Of a DNA stretch of 64,000 nucleotides, positions 1 to 14,128 are shown piece after piece. The notes beneath the pieces were generated by a model that saw nothing but the letters and a program-made list of their open reading frames with translations, was not told the origin of the DNA and searched no databases. This DNA comes from the human T2T-CHM13v2.0 reference genome, Homo sapiens, in assembly GCF_009914755.1 (NCBI RefSeq), contig NC_060928.1. One strand, given 5' to 3'. Made by a program: the position numbers and the translations under genes. Every line of letters begins with the position of its first letter. The first letter of the stretch is position 1.

Positions 1-99
1 ATGGGAGCTATATATGGGAACTGATTCTTCCTTGGTAGTGTCAATTGTTATCATTACTGGTACATAAAAAAAGTAAATGGATAAAGTCAATAAACTAAG

Positions 100-586
100 A
101 GTGATGGTTAATTTTTTGTGTTGACTAGGCCATGAGATGTCCAAATACTTGGTCAAACATTATTCTGGGTGTTTCTGTGAGGGTGTCGCTGGATGACATT
201 AACATGTATATCTGTAGGCTGAGGAAAGCAGGTTGCTCTCCCTAATGTATCTAGGCATTATCCAATCAGTTAAAAGCCTAAATAGAACAAAAAGCTTGAC
301 CCTCCTCTGAGTAAAAGAGAATTCCTTCTGCCTCATTGCTTTTGACTGGGACATTATCTTTTTTCTGCTTTGGACTCACACTGAAACACTGGCTAGTACT
401 GGGTCTTGAGGCTATTGGCCTTAGACTGGAGCTATGCCGTCAGCGCTTGTGAGCCCCCAGCTTACCAACCCTGCACATCTTGGGACTTGTCAGCCGTCAT
501 AATTGCATCAGCCAGTTCCTTACAATAAATATATTTATGTATACAGCCGATTGGCTCTCTTTCTCTGGGAAACCCTGCTTAATACA
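100..586 (+). mobile_element. Solo ERVL LTR, MLT2C/MLT2D-like
   Basis: Begins GTGATGGTTAATTTTT and contains GGTCAAACATTATTCTGGGTGTTTCTGTGAGGGTG. Ends TTTCTCTGGGAAACCCTGCTTAATACA. Matches the recalled MLT2 LTR consensus. Confidence 0.85.
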
Positions 587-911
587 GCAAGGAATTTAGT
601 TATAAACATATCCTTTAGAATTATGGTGATATCAGCAGAAGATGTAAAAACCAAGGTAACTTCTAAAGAATGAGACTCAGAAAAAAGGATTTGGGTGAAA
701 AGACTAGATTTTTTTGCTATTATAATATATTTTGTTATATACATGTATTAGATTATAAAAATAATAAAATACAAACCTAAAGAAATATATCTTTTAAATT
801 ATGAATTATATTTTATTCCTAGGTTTCTTGAAATATTTTCTTTCAAAGTCTTAATAACTATATCACATATATTGTGAAAGTGAGAAAAACTTACAATTCA
901 AAGTAGTCAAC

Positions 912-1152
912 TTGAATTTATAAGGCATGTCATAATTAGATCTTCTAACAAGCCTGGACAAGTAAGCATCTTTAAAGGTGTTAATTGCTCATTTCTCACA
1001 AGCAAATTGACTATTCTGCAGTTGGAGACTGAGTTTGATTAAGTTACCTCTGTTATTACATTACGTTGTATGAAAGTGCTATAAAGCAATGACTATATAG
1101 GGCTGGAAGGTGGCAAGATAGTTGAACCTAAGGCAATACGCTTTCAGACTGT
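912..1152. repeat. Diverged direct repeat, copy A
   Basis: Collinear with 1638-1884. Identical blocks: TTGAATTTATAAG, TCTAACAAGCCTG, AAATTGACTATTCTGCAGTTGGAGACTGA (1004-1032), TGCTATAAAG. Confidence 0.9.
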
Positions 1153-1637
1153 TTTCGCTGTGTCATTAAGTGCTATGCATCATATTTAGCATGGTACTAT
1201 GACAGATTTGAATAGAAAGGTCAGTGTTAAACTATCTGGAAAAATATGAGTTAGCAATATGTGAGTAAGCATCAGGCTAGGTGCATCAGTGGAAACTGAA
1301 AACTGATAACAATGAGCAGTGGACTGTTGACATACATATTTCTGATGTGATACATCTGTAATCAAGTCCAGAATGATTGTTTGACCTCCCAGAGATCATG
1401 GAAAAGCTGGGAGAACTAAATACCTTGTGAATCTAGAAGTCTTAGAGCAATGGATTGCTGTTACTACCTGCATCAAGCCATAATATCTAGTGGACAGACA
1501 CAGTTATACAAATTGCAAATAATGTCAGGACTTCTCACTCACTTTAGGCACTCATAAACCACACAATGGATTTCAGTATAAACAAACAAATGAACAAAAC
1601 CCCAAGGGAATCTCAGTGCCATTCCAGCCTTAGGAAA

Positions 1638-1884
1638 TTGAATTTATAAGTCACATATATGATTAGATTCTCTAACAAGCCTGAGCAAGAAAATTCCTCT
1701 GAAACAGTTAACTGTTAATTCTTCCAAAGTAAATTGACTATTCTGCAGTTGGAGACTGATTTTGAATAAATTACTTCTCCTATTAAATCACATTGAATGC
1801 AAATGCTATAAAGTGATGTTTATATGGGACTGGGAAAGGTGTGAAAATTGCTGGAACAGTGAGAGAATACCTGTTAGAAATGTT
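1638..1884. repeat. Diverged direct repeat, copy B
   Basis: Same blocks offset by about 726-727 bp; the 29-bp core lies at 1731-1759. Confidence 0.9.
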
Positions 1885-2189
1885 CCACGTAGACCCCAGT
1901 ACTTGCTGCTTAGGAACATGCCAAGTTACATATGAAAGATACTTTGTATGACCTTAGCTTGTATGCCAGACTCTGCCTGCCCTAAGCTGGCATCATCTCA
2001 TCTTTCATCTCTCATGCATATAATCCGTTTAGGACAAAGCAGACACCATCCAGTTTTCTTGCCTCCAGCCACCATTCTATCAGCCATAATCCCAGAGAGT
2101 CAAGGGTTAGCAAACCCCAGGGGTGTTCAAAAACATTTTCTAGACATTATTGAATCCCTTATAGCAAAAGGCTATGAGATTTAGGGTAA

Positions 2190-5100
2190 AAAGATTATTA
2201 CATGATAAACAGTTTAACTCAACAAGAAGATTTAACTATCATAAATATATGTGCACCTAACATTGTAGTACTCAGATTCATAAAACAAATACTTCTAGGC
2301 CTACAAACAAACTTAGACAGCCAGACTAGACAATAATAGTGGGAGTCTTCAACACCCCATTTACAGTGTGAGACAGATTATTGAGACAGAAAACTGACAA
2401 TTCTGAACTTAAATTCAAAATATTGGAACTAATAGACATCTACAGAATACTCCATCAACCATAGAATATACATTCTTATCTGCATATGGAACATACTCTA
2501 AGATCAACCACATGCTTGGCCACAAAGTAATCTCAATAAATTTAAAAATTGAAATCATACCAATCATATTCTTGGACCACAGTAGAACAAAAATAGAAAT
2601 CAATGCCAAGAAGATCTCTCAAATCAATACAAGTACATGGAAATTAACTTACTCCTGAATGACTTTTGGGTAAACAATGAAATTAAGGCAGAAATAAAAA
2701 ATCTTTGAAATAAATGAAAAAGAGACACAACATATCAAAATCTCTATGATGCAGGAAAAGGAGTGTTAGAAGGAAAGTTTATATTGCTAAATGCCTATCT
2801 CAAAAAGTTAGAAAGATCTCAAATTAATGTTCTAACACCACACCTACAGGCACTAAAAAAATAAGAACAAACAAATCCCAAAGCTAGCAGAAGAAAATAA
2901 ATAACAAAAATCACAGCAGGGCTGAAAGAAATTGAGACCTGAAAATCCATACAAAGAATTAATGAAACCAAATTTTGTTCTTGGAAAGGATGGACAAGAT
3001 TGATGGACCACTAGCTAGATTAACAACAACAAAAAAAAGATCCAAATAAACACAACCAGAAACAAGAAAAATTACATTACAACTGATCCTACAGAAATAA
3101 AATAGATCTTCAGAGACTATAATGAACACCACTGTGCACATAAACTAGAAAATCTAGAGAAAATAAATTCCTAGAAACACACAACCTTTCAAGATCGAAT
3201 CAGGAAGAAATTGAGACCCTGAACTGACTAATATTGAGTTCCTAAATTGAATCAGTCATGAAAAACCTACCAACCAAAAAAAGTCCTGGATCAGATGCAT
3301 TAAAGCCAAATTCTACCAGACATACAAAGAAGAGCTAGTACTAATTCTACTGAAACTATGCCAAAAATTGAGGAGGAAGGACTCCTCCTTAACTCACTCT
3401 ACAAAGCAAGCATCACTCTGATACTAAAACCTGTTTAAGACACACAAAAAAAGAAAACTGCAGGCCCATGAAAAATAAATGCAGGCCAATATTTCTGATG
3501 AATATAGACACAAAAATTCTCAACAAAATACTATCCAACTGAATCCAGCTGTGCTTCAAAAAGTTAATTCACCATTATCAAGATTATCAATTAGGCTTCA
3601 TTCCTGAAAAGCAAGGTTGGCTCATCATGTGCAAATCAGTAATTGTGATTCACCACATAAGCAGAATTCAATAAAAAAAAAAGATCATCTCAATAGATGC
3701 AGATAAAGCTTTTGATAAAATCCCACATCTCTTCATGATAAAAACGTCAATAAACTAAGTGTAGAAGAAATATGGTTCCAAATGATAAGAACCATCTACG
3801 ACAAACCCACAGCCAACTCCTATTTAACATAGTACTGGAAGTTCTAGCCAGAGCAAGGCAAGAAAAATAAGGCATCCAAATAGGAAAAGAAGTCAAACTC
3901 TTATCACTGATAATTTAATTATGTCCCTAGAAAACCCTAAAGATGCTACCAAATGGCTCCTAGCACTGATAAATGACTTCAGTAAAGTTTCAGGGCACAA
4001 AACCAATGTACAAAACTCAATAGCATTTCTATACACCAATAATGTTCAAGCTGAGGGTCAAATCAAGAATGCAATCCCTTTTACAATAGCTGCAAAAAAA
4101 AAAAAAATACTCAGGATTACATCTAACCAAGAAAGAGAAAGATCTTTGTAAAGAGAACTACAAAACACTGTTGAAAGAAATCATAGATGACACAAACAAA
4201 TGGAAAAGCATTCCATGCTCATGGAGTGGAGGAATCAACACTATTAAAATGGCCATACTACCTAAAACCATTTACAGATTCAATGCCATTCCTATCAAAC
4301 TACCAACATAACTTTTTACAGAATTAGAAAAATATATGCTAAAATTTGTGTGGGACCAAAAAAGAGTCCAAATAACCAAAGCAATCCTAAGCAAAAGAAC
4401 AAAGCTGAAGGCATTACATTTTTCAACTTCAAACTATACCATAAGAATACAGTAACAAAAATAGCATGGTATTGATACAAAAACAGATACATAGACCAAT
4501 GGGACAGAATAGAGAAACCAGAAACAAAGCCACACACCCACAGCAATCTAATCATCAACAAAGCTGACAATAATCAAGGGGAAAGGACTCCCTATTCAAT
4601 AAATGGTGCTGGAAAAACCGGCTAGCCATATGCAGAAGGATGAAATTCGATCTCTACCTTTCATCATATACAAAAATTAAATCAACATGAATTAAAGATT
4701 TAATTATAAGACTTCAAACTTGTAGGAATACTAGAAGAAAATCTGGGAAACAACATTCTGGACATAAACCTTGGGTAAGAATTTGTGACAAATTCATCAA
4801 AAACAATTGCAACAAAAAAATTGACAAGTAAAATCTAATTAAACTAAAGAGCTTCTGCAAAGGCAAAAGAAACTATCAGCAATGTAAACCAACAACCTAC
4901 CAAATGGGACAAAATATTAACAAACTCTGTATCAAACAGAGGTCTAATATCAAGAATCTATAGGAAACCCTAACAATTCAACAAGCAATAAACAAAGGAC
5001 TTTATTTAAAAATGGGCAAAGGACATGAACAGACATGTCTCAAAAGAAGACAAACAAGTGGCCAACAATATAAAAAATGCTCAACTGCATTAATTATCAG

Positions 5101-5748
5101 AGGGATGCAAATCAAAAGCCACAATGAGATACCACTCACACCAGTCAAAATGGCCAAAATGGCTATTATTAAAAGGTAAAAAAAAAAAAAATACTGGTGA
5201 GGCTGCAGAGAAAATGAATATTTACACTATTGGTGGGAATGTAAATGAGTTCAGCCACTGTAGAAAACAATTTGGAGATTTCTCAAATAACTTAAATCAG
5301 AAGTACCATTTGTCTCAGCAATCCCATTTCTGGGTACATTTCCAAAGAAAATAAATTGTTCTTCCAAAGAGACTAATGCACTTGTATGTGCATCACAGCA
5401 CTATCCACAATAGCAAAGACATGGACTTAACCTAGGTGTCCATCGATGGTAGATTGGATAAAGGAAAATGGTACATGTACACTATGGAATACTATGCAGA
5501 CATGAAAAAGAATGAAATATTGTCCTTTGCAGCAACATAGATACAGCTGAATGCCACTATCTTAAGCAAATTATGCAGGAACAGAAAAGCAAATACTGCA
5601 TGTTCTCACTGATAAGTGAAAGCTAAACTTTGGGTACTCCTGGTCATAAAGATGGCAATAATAGAACCAGGGACTACTAGAAGGGGAAGGGAAGGAGGCG
5701 GCCAAGAATTGGAAAAACTAACTATTGGATACTATTCATACTACCTGG
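2190..5748 (+). mobile_element. LINE-1, old L1PA (L1PA13-16-like); decayed ORF2 plus partial 3'UTR
   Basis: ORF2-like peptide [39 protein letters not shown]. 3'UTR GAAAAACTAACTATTGGATACTATTCATACTACCTGGG. Many stops and frameshifts; no poly(A) end. Confidence 0.92.
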
Positions 5749-7393
5749 GCAGAAGTTAGTTCATGAGATTTAAGGAAAGAAGCCAACACTATAGCATAAA
5801 AGTGCAAGGTGAGGCAGCAAGTGCTGCTGTAGAAGTTGCAACAAATTCTCTAAAGGACTGATTTAAGATAATTGGTAAAAGTGGCTACACTAAACAACAG
5901 ATTTTCAATATAGACAAAACAACCTTTCATTGGAAGAAGATGCCATCTAGTACTTTTATTGATAGAGAGGAAAAGTCAACGCCTGCCTTCAAAGTTTCAA
6001 AGGACAGGCTGAATCTCTCGTTAGGGGTTAATGTACCTGATAAATTTAAGTTGAAAAACCAATGCTCATTTACCGTTCTGAAAATTCTAGTGCCCTTAAG
6101 AATTATACCAAATTTACTCTGCCTGTGCTCTATATATGAACCAAAAAACCTAAATTACAGCATTTCTGTTTACAGCATGGTTTACTGAATATTTTAAGCC
6201 CATTGTTGAGACCTGCTCAGAAAAAAGGAATTTCTTTCTGAATATTACTGCTCATTGACAATATACCTGGTCACCCAAAACCTCTGATGAAGATGTACAA
6301 GGAGATAAATTTCATTTTCATGTATGCTAACACAACATACATTCTTTAGTCCATGGATCTAAGAGTGATTTTGACTTTCAAGACTTATTTTTTAATATAT
6401 ACCTTTTATAATGTCATAACTGCCATAGATAGGGTTTCCTCTGATGGATCTGGGCAAAGTAAGTTAAAAGCCTTCTGGAAAGGGTTCCTATTGTAGATAC
6501 CACTAAGAACATTCATGATTAATAGGAAGAGGTCAAAATATCATTAACAGAAGATTGGTAGAAGTTGATTTCAACCTTCATGGATGACTTTGATGGGGTT
6601 CAAGACTTCAGTGGAAGAAGTAACTGCAGATATGGTAGAAAGAGCAAGTGAATTAGAATTAGAACTACAGTTAGAGGTACAGCCTGAAGATGTGACTCAA
6701 TTGCTACAATCTCATGATAAAACTTGAACAGATGAGAAGTTACTTTTTATGAATGAGCAAAGAAGTGGTTTTTTGATGGAATATACTCCTGATGAAGATG
6801 TTGTCAATATTGTTGAAATAATAACAAAGAATTTAGAATATTTTATAAATTCATGTTAACATTGTTGAAATAATAACAAAGAATTTAGAATACTTTATTA
6901 ATTTAGTTGATAAAGCAGTGGCAGGATTTGAGAGGACTGACTTTAGTTTTGAAAGGAGTTCTACAGTGGGTAAAATGCTTTCAAACAGCATCACATGCTA
7001 CAGAGAAATCTGTTTTGAAAGAGTCAGTTGATGTGACTAACTTCACTGTTGTCTCATTTTAAGAAATTGCCATAGACACCCCAACCTTCGACAACCATCA
7101 CCCTGATCAATCAGTATCCATTAACATGAGGCAATACCCTACACCAGCAAAAAGACTATGACTTGCTGAAGGATCACGTGACTGCTAGCATTTTTAGTCA
7201 ACAATATATTTTTAATTAAGGTATGTACATTGTTTTAGACATAATGTTATTGCACAGTGAATAGACTATAGTATAGTGTAAATATAGCTTTTATTGCACT
7301 GGGAAACCAAAAACTCGTGACTCACTTTACGGTGATATTTGCTTTATTGTTGTAGTCTGGAACTGAACCTGCAATATCTACAATCTATGCCTG
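5749..7393 (+). mobile_element. Tigger1 DNA transposon, 5'-deleted, decayed transposase
   Basis: Peptide [24 protein letters not shown] resembles Tigger1/TIGD1 transposase. 3' end GGAACTGAACCTGCAATATC...TATGCCTG. Confidence 0.92.
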
Positions 7394-8518
7394 CATCACT
7401 ATTTTTTTCATATGGCTTTCGCATGTTAGAAAAAACAGAATATTTAAGAAATAAGAGTAAGTAGTGTGAAAGTTTTATAAGTGCATCTGTTTGAGCAACA
7501 AGGTATCTTTTTTGGATCTCCAGTGGATCTCCAGCAGACCCCCTCAGCCAACTCTTCTTTCATTAACAATGTCTTCTCATCTAGGCTGAAGACATCTGTG
7601 ACTCTCATGCTAACTCTGAGGGGCAACTTCTCTGATACACTCTGAATTTTTCTCTTACCCATCAAATAGGTCTCTTTTTCTTTCTTCATCTTTTTAACCT
7701 TCTTTATTGGCATGCCATAGCTTGTCTTACTTTATTCATGGCAAAGGTACCCAGGCCTGAAATCAAAAATATTTCATTGACATCAGCTAATTATATAATT
7801 AATATTAATCAGGCAATTACTGGCAATCTATTAGTACCTACCTCTAAAACAATGATTCCCAAACTTGAGTCCTGGGTTTAGATGTAACCACAAAAGTAGC
7901 ACTGTTCGTTAAATAGCTATCTGTAATTCAGAGTCTTCCTCTGAAAGAGCACACTTTTCTATTATAAGATTGTACAGACTATCTAAGGCATAATTTGGTT
8001 TTGGCTGCAGATATATTAATTTTTGAGGTAACATAAATTAACTCATGTGGATCAGAAACTTCCATCATATGTGTTTTGGGGATATAATTTTATTACATAT
8101 TAACATTTAATCAATTATGTTTTTGCATAATAAAATCAGGAGAATGCATTAATTATTACATAGTACAATTTGCTTTGGTATATACTATGTTTTAAAACAT
8201 GGGGTTTGATATGAAGGGAATAGTAAAAAGTAAAAATGTGGTTAAATATTATTAAATATTAGTTTTCAAATATTCTATGGAGACTGAAATGGGGCATACC
8301 GACACATCTGTGGGATCTCTCAGCCTTATTTTAACCAAGGTAACTCCAAATGTGTCACTTTTACATGCACAGGGAATGCACAGTGTTTAGAAACATAGAA
8401 ACATATATTTTTTTGCAGATTTCAGATATTCTTGGGGACATTGTATTCGTCTATGTTTCCAGACTTTGTCAATACCTGTGGTATTATGCTTCTGCATAAG
8501 TGTTGACTAAACAGAGTA

Positions 8519-8844
8519 CAATCTTCCCTTGGTATCCACTGGGGATGGTTCCAGGAACCCCCTAGAATACCAAAATCTGCAGATGCTCAAGTCTCTTACC
8601 AAACATAGGGTAGTATTTGCATATAACATATATACATCCTCCTGTATACTTAAAAATCTCTAGATTAGTTATACTACCTAATACAATGTAAGTGCTATGT
8701 AAAAAGTTGTTGTTTTGTATTGTTTTTAATTTATATTTTTTAATTGTTGTATTTTTTAATTGTTTTTTTTTTCTGAATATATTTTAGGATATGCGGTTGG
8801 TTGAGTTCAGAGATGTGCAACCTGCAGATAAGGAGGGTCGACTG
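8519..8844 (+). mobile_element. MER2 non-autonomous Tigger-family element
   Basis: Contains CCCTTGGTATCC...GGTTCCAGGA...ATACCAAAATCTGCAGATGCTCAAGTC and ends GGAGGGTCGACTG. TA on both sides. Confidence 0.88.
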
Positions 8845-9694
8845 TACTTAGAATTCTGTTATAAAACACTGGAAACCACTTATTTATCTTTGGCTCCCAG
8901 AAGCAAAATCAGTGTCTTTGGGTGTGGGCTTTTCTCCTACATGTTCTTTACCTAAATGCTCATGGGCAGATGGTCTTGTGATGTCTCAATATCACTATGA
9001 TCAATTCCATTTCAAAAATATAAGTGGATTTAAAGAAAAAGTGAAATGATAAAAGTGATTTATTATTTTGAAGAAAAGCCATCTTTTCACAGAAGCCTGC
9101 TTTAGACAAAATAGAATCACAATTAATCAGATATTGATTGAGGAAACTAATCCCACTTGTTGAGAGCCAAACAGTTACAGAGAGAATGTTCTGCCCCCAC
9201 TTTATTCTAGAACAGGAGCTGAAATGTGAAAATGTGAAAGAATTCCTTCTGTTCAATGAACTTCTTGTTTCTTCACACAGTCTTATGCCCTTGCTAAGAT
9301 ACTTCTATTTTGTCTACTTTTTCATTAACTAAGGGAGATGGCCTATTAATGAAAAACAAATATTTTGAAAAAAAATCACATTTCTTTATATAATAGAAAC
9401 ACTGGGGAAGCAATGTCACAGCTGAGTCTCCTAATACACCTGTTTTCTTTAATCAGGGCTCTTTGAAACAGTGGCTGTTTAATTAATTAAACTTAACTCT
9501 AGGCTTATTTTAAAAATAGGAAATACTGCTTAAAAAGAAAGTAGTAATGAAAACAAAAAGCCTCAAAATAACTGAACTGTAGTTCCAAAGTACATAATCA
9601 TTAGCTATATATCACTTAACAATATTTTAAAGTATTCTTTATTTTCTGTGTGAAAATAAAAATGTTGGTAGTCTTACATTTTTGTTTGTATGCT

Positions 9695-10032
9695 TTTTAT
9701 TTTGGGAGGATTTTATATTTACAGAGAAGTTGCAAAGAGAGTTCAGAAAGTTCCATATACTCTTCTCCCACTTGCCTCTAATGTTAATATTTTACATAAC
9801 TGTGGTTCATTTGTCAAGATTAAGAGGTTAATATCATTATATAAATATTACTATGAACTAAACTGCAGAGTTTCTTTGCACCACCACAGTTTTACCACTA
9901 ATGTCCTTTTTCTTTTCCAGAATCTAACCAAAGATACTACGTTGCAGTTAGTAGCTATGTTGCCTTAGTCTCTTCTTGTCTGTGACAGTTTTGTAGTATT
10001 GTTTTTCATGACATTGACAGTTTTGCAGAATA
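9695..10032 (-). mobile_element. Ancient L1M (L1MC/L1MD-like) 3'UTR fragment
   Basis: TTTACAGAGAAGTTGCAAAGA...AATGTTAATATTTTACATAAC...CCACTAATGTCCTTTTTC resembles antisense old L1 3' ends. Confidence 0.7.
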
Positions 10033-10061
10033 TTTAAATGAATCTTGTTATTTTTATTTTA

Positions 10062-10972
10062 TGTAGACAAAGCTCACTGTAGTTTATGATTCCTGGCTCA
10101 TAACTCCCTTGGCCCTTTTTACGGCATTTTGTTGTGATGTTGGGGTTCTTAGAGCTCAGAAAACAGAATTTCTCTATCTCCTGCCTTCTTTTCACCTGTT
10201 CCTTTCTTCCCAAGGAAGGACCCTAATGTTTCCCTATCTTTCCATAAAGAAATTCTCTGACCTCCTTAGTCTGGTCATAATATAGGTCATAAGATCCCCA
10301 TTTCAGAAAGGGTCCTGCCCCATATTCTAAAGGAAGAAATGCTGCACAGAGAAGCCAAGAAAAATCTGGACAGGGCTTGCTGGGTTTAAATCATATTCTT
10401 TTTGTCCAATAACATTTCTACACTGCTGTCAACCATATCTATCCAATGAAGTCTTCATAAAAGGCTCAAGAGGACAGGGTTCAGAGAGCTTATGGATAGG
10501 TGAACATGTGAAGTTCTTGGAGGGTGGTGAGTCCAGAGAGGGCATGGAAGTGCCATGCCCCTTCCCCCATGCCTCACCCTATGCATGATTTCATTTGTAT
10601 CCTTTGTAATATCCTTTATAATAGACCAGTAAATGTATTTCTCTGAGTTCTATGAGCTGCTTTAGCAAGTTCTTTGAGTTCTCCAAGGAGGAGATCACAG
10701 GAATCCTGATTTACAGCCTGTCAATGAGAAGCACAGGCAAAATAACCTTGAGCTTGCAATTGGCATCAGAAGTATGGGAGCAGTCTTAGAGATTGGGCCT
10801 TCAACCTATGGTATTTGATGCTATATCCAGGTCCAGATGAATAAAAGGACACCCTGGTGGTGTCAGTTACAGTATTGCTTGCTTGTTGTGTGGGGTCATT
10901 TGGTCACAAAGGTCTTCTGTGTTGATTGTCATAGTGTGAGAGCAGGGGTAAAATGTCCCTCCCTTACTCACA
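10062..10972 (+). mobile_element. Solo LTR, MER21A-like
   Basis: TG...CA termini. MER4-like block GGTCATAAGATCCCCATTTCAGAAAGGGTCCTGCCCCATA and MER21 block GGAGGGTGG...AGAGAGGGCATGGAAG. Confidence 0.8.
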
Positions 10973-13900
10973 GAACAGTATCTAACTGAATATTTAAGAT
11001 TCTGTAATGTTCTCTAGATGATGATCTAAACTCCAGATGTCAATGAATTCAGGCAAAAAGATTTCATACCCAGACAAAAGCAACTTAGTGGAGGATCTAA
11101 AGTGAGTATAAAATGACCCATGAAATGCTGGGATACAAGTCAGAAGATTTGTGTTTCATTACTTAAAAAAAAAGAGTTAATCTTGAGTATTCCTTGAGAT
11201 ATACTAAAATTTATTTCTTTTTACAAGAAAACTTGTCACCAATTAACTAATTTAGAGAGAAGAAGTGATGGGAAAACACATTGATTTTTAAGAATCTCTA
11301 ATGAAATGTATGTACAATATTTTGTTGGTCTGTAAGCATTTTATTTACCAAATATTCAAAGACTTTTTCTGTGTTTTTAATTTTCAAGTACTTCTTTTAT
11401 AGACATAAGTTCCTTTGTACTGACTAAGATCAGTGTAGTTTTGTTTTGGGGTTTTGTTGGGCTGTTTTTGTTGTTTTTGCTGTGTCCACTATTTTATTCC
11501 CAGCTATGCACATTTTTTTCAATTCCAAGAATGCTTATTTTCACAACTGTACAAAGAGTGGGAGACTGTCTTCTGTTTAAGGTTATAAATCAAAAGAAAT
11601 GTAATTCATAGAGAACAAAAGCTGTCTCCTAAAACAAATAAAAATGATTTGACAGTTGTTAAAGTCTAGTCCCCAAAAATAGTAAATAAAAAAAAATTGT
11701 AGAATGCTGTCAAAAAGAAACTGAGGAGATAAATTCCTGTTCCCAATCAAAGGTAGTTGCTAATCAGTTCAAAATCATTCAGATATCTGCTGAGGCATTA
11801 GGTCACTCCAGACAGCATAGCATTAAGTGAACATGTGGTAATATTCATGCATAGGACTAATGTGTTTTTATGAATGACTTCAACAAACTCTTTTGTGTCA
11901 TGGCCTATAGTTGGCATATTATATTTCAATACAGACTTTAACAACATTTTGCTTTCTATTTCCTCAGTTAAAATGTCATTTGTTCACCAGAAGTTGCTAA
12001 ACTTCACTTGTCAGGATAGGCCAGTCATCATGGACCACAAATGATATGCCAGACCGGAGCTTTAGCCAGTGACTCTTTCTTTCAAGAGAAAGTCTTTAAT
12101 AAAACATTGAGGATACCTAAGGTTTTAAGACTATCACTATCACTCTTTCATAAATTATAGTATCCAAAAGTATGACATTTTTTATGAAATCGAACAGCAA
12201 GCAATTAGTTTCCTTCCCCATCCCCACTCAGTGAGAGATGGACAACAGTATCATTAACATGAAAACCAGCCATTGATTAAGAAACACTGTATTGGCGATA
12301 ATGTGGCATTTTCCCTTGGCAAAGGCACTACTGATTTCCTTAATGGGACCAAGGATTGGGTAAAACAAATATCTGGGTCAAAGTCAGTCAGTAGGTCATA
12401 ATTTGTTCACATGCAGTCCAGAGCAAGATTCAATTCAATTTACCATTAATTAAGAAACAAGAGTGTAATGCTATTGCATATACTAAAGATGAGTAAACTC
12501 ATGTTTCATTTTTTCTTAATAATTTTTCTACAATGGGTAAATCTACTTTATATTTTCATAAAAAGATTAAAATAAGAAACTTAGGAAATCATGTCTTCAA
12601 GTACTATGTATTTCAAGGCCTTTAAACCATTTTGTTTTCAATTCAATGAGTGCACATGTTCAATAATTTTGATTTTCTCCTTGTTCAAGTTTCCTATTAA
12701 GGAGGGTTATTCACTCTTCTCTATGCATTCCTCATCCATTTTTTAGGTCGGGTTTTATATGTAGCCAGTGAATATCCATTCAAAAATTTTAACTTAATAC
12801 CCGCTATAATATCCTGGGATTTGGAGAGACATAGATAGAGCAGGATTTAGTACTACTAAATCTACTCACTGAAGTTGGACAAGCACTGGGGTAGTTGATA
12901 ACCTGCAGAGATCCCTGACTAGGAGATCAATTTGGCAAGATGAGGGAATGTCCAAGGTTTTCAGGCATTTCTGGTTACAATCCAGTTGGCAGCAAGGGAA
13001 TTACAGGAAGTAGGGTATTGTAACAAGAGGATCCGGTTCAATCACAGAGAATTTTGTGGAAAGGGAGCTATGCTTACACTGAAGATGAGCTTAGTAGATA
13101 GTTATATCTGGAAAATCTTTACCTGGATGTAAAGGCCCCAAAAAGGCAATTGATTCCTTAAGGGTGAATCACGTGATCCACATGGGAAGAGAAAAATGGG
13201 TGTGAAGGCTAGGAACCACTTTGAGTTTGGCTGCTGTTGAGGAACATCAAGAATTTCTGCAATTCAGTTATTTGTATATCATAGACAGCTTCCAAGTTAA
13301 ATGGTTTTATATTTTGCAACTCATCATCTAGTATTATTTAAGAAGAACTAAAGCCTCCTTTCTTCTTTCTTTTTGAACAGTTTTCATCTCAATGCCAACA
13401 CATTCTGCGTGGTATTTTTGCATATGCTCAGTTCTTTTCATGTATCCCCTTCATAAATGAATTTTCTGGGCTTATTTTTACTATAAAGGCAGACTCAGAT
13501 TTTCTACAATACACAGTGAGAGTAAAGTACTCTGTTCTGTACAGCTGACCCTTATTGCAAATATTTCATAATCACTGTATAACTGTTGCTTCAATTAATT
13601 CTCACATCATTCTGATGGCTATTATAATAAAGTATGTGTGCAAGTGATTTAAATATTAATAAAGAAAACCACAGTATCAAAAGAGAAGTTTCCAATTTAT
13701 TTTAAGAATGTCAGCTTTTCTGGCTTTTCTCTTTTTATCACATTACATGGAAAGAATAATAGGAAAAGGCAGTTTCTCAAAAATGTAGTAGTCAAACTGG
13801 CACAGTAATATTCAAAATTATCTAGAGTAACAATGAGAGCAAATAGCTTCTACTGGTTGTGATTTACAAATTGCAATGCTTTAATGTTAACAGCCATACA

Positions 13901-14058
13901 CAGTATATAGGATGAAGCCTTGTGAGGCCTTGAGGTTTGGAAAACATGTCATTCTTGCATTAGTGTTCCCACTGACACTCTTAATGCTAAATTTAACTTC
14001 TTAATGTATTAATGTATTTTCCTATTATAAAATTTCCTATTTAAAAGTTTGCATGGTT

Positions 14059-14061
<3 letters not shown>

Positions 14062-14126
<65 letters not shown>
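14062..14126. repeat. Compound microsatellite (TC)n(TG)n
   Basis: Directly visible. Confidence 0.98.

Positions 14127-14128
<2 letters not shown>

Noticed and set aside
5940-6188. TIGD1-like ORF as a domesticated gene
   Set aside because: Frameshifted fragment in a 5'-deleted Tigger1 copy.
9477-9492. Perfect 16-bp palindrome GTTTAATTAATTAAAC
   Set aside because: Low-complexity AT palindrome, plausible by chance in this composition, with no supporting context.
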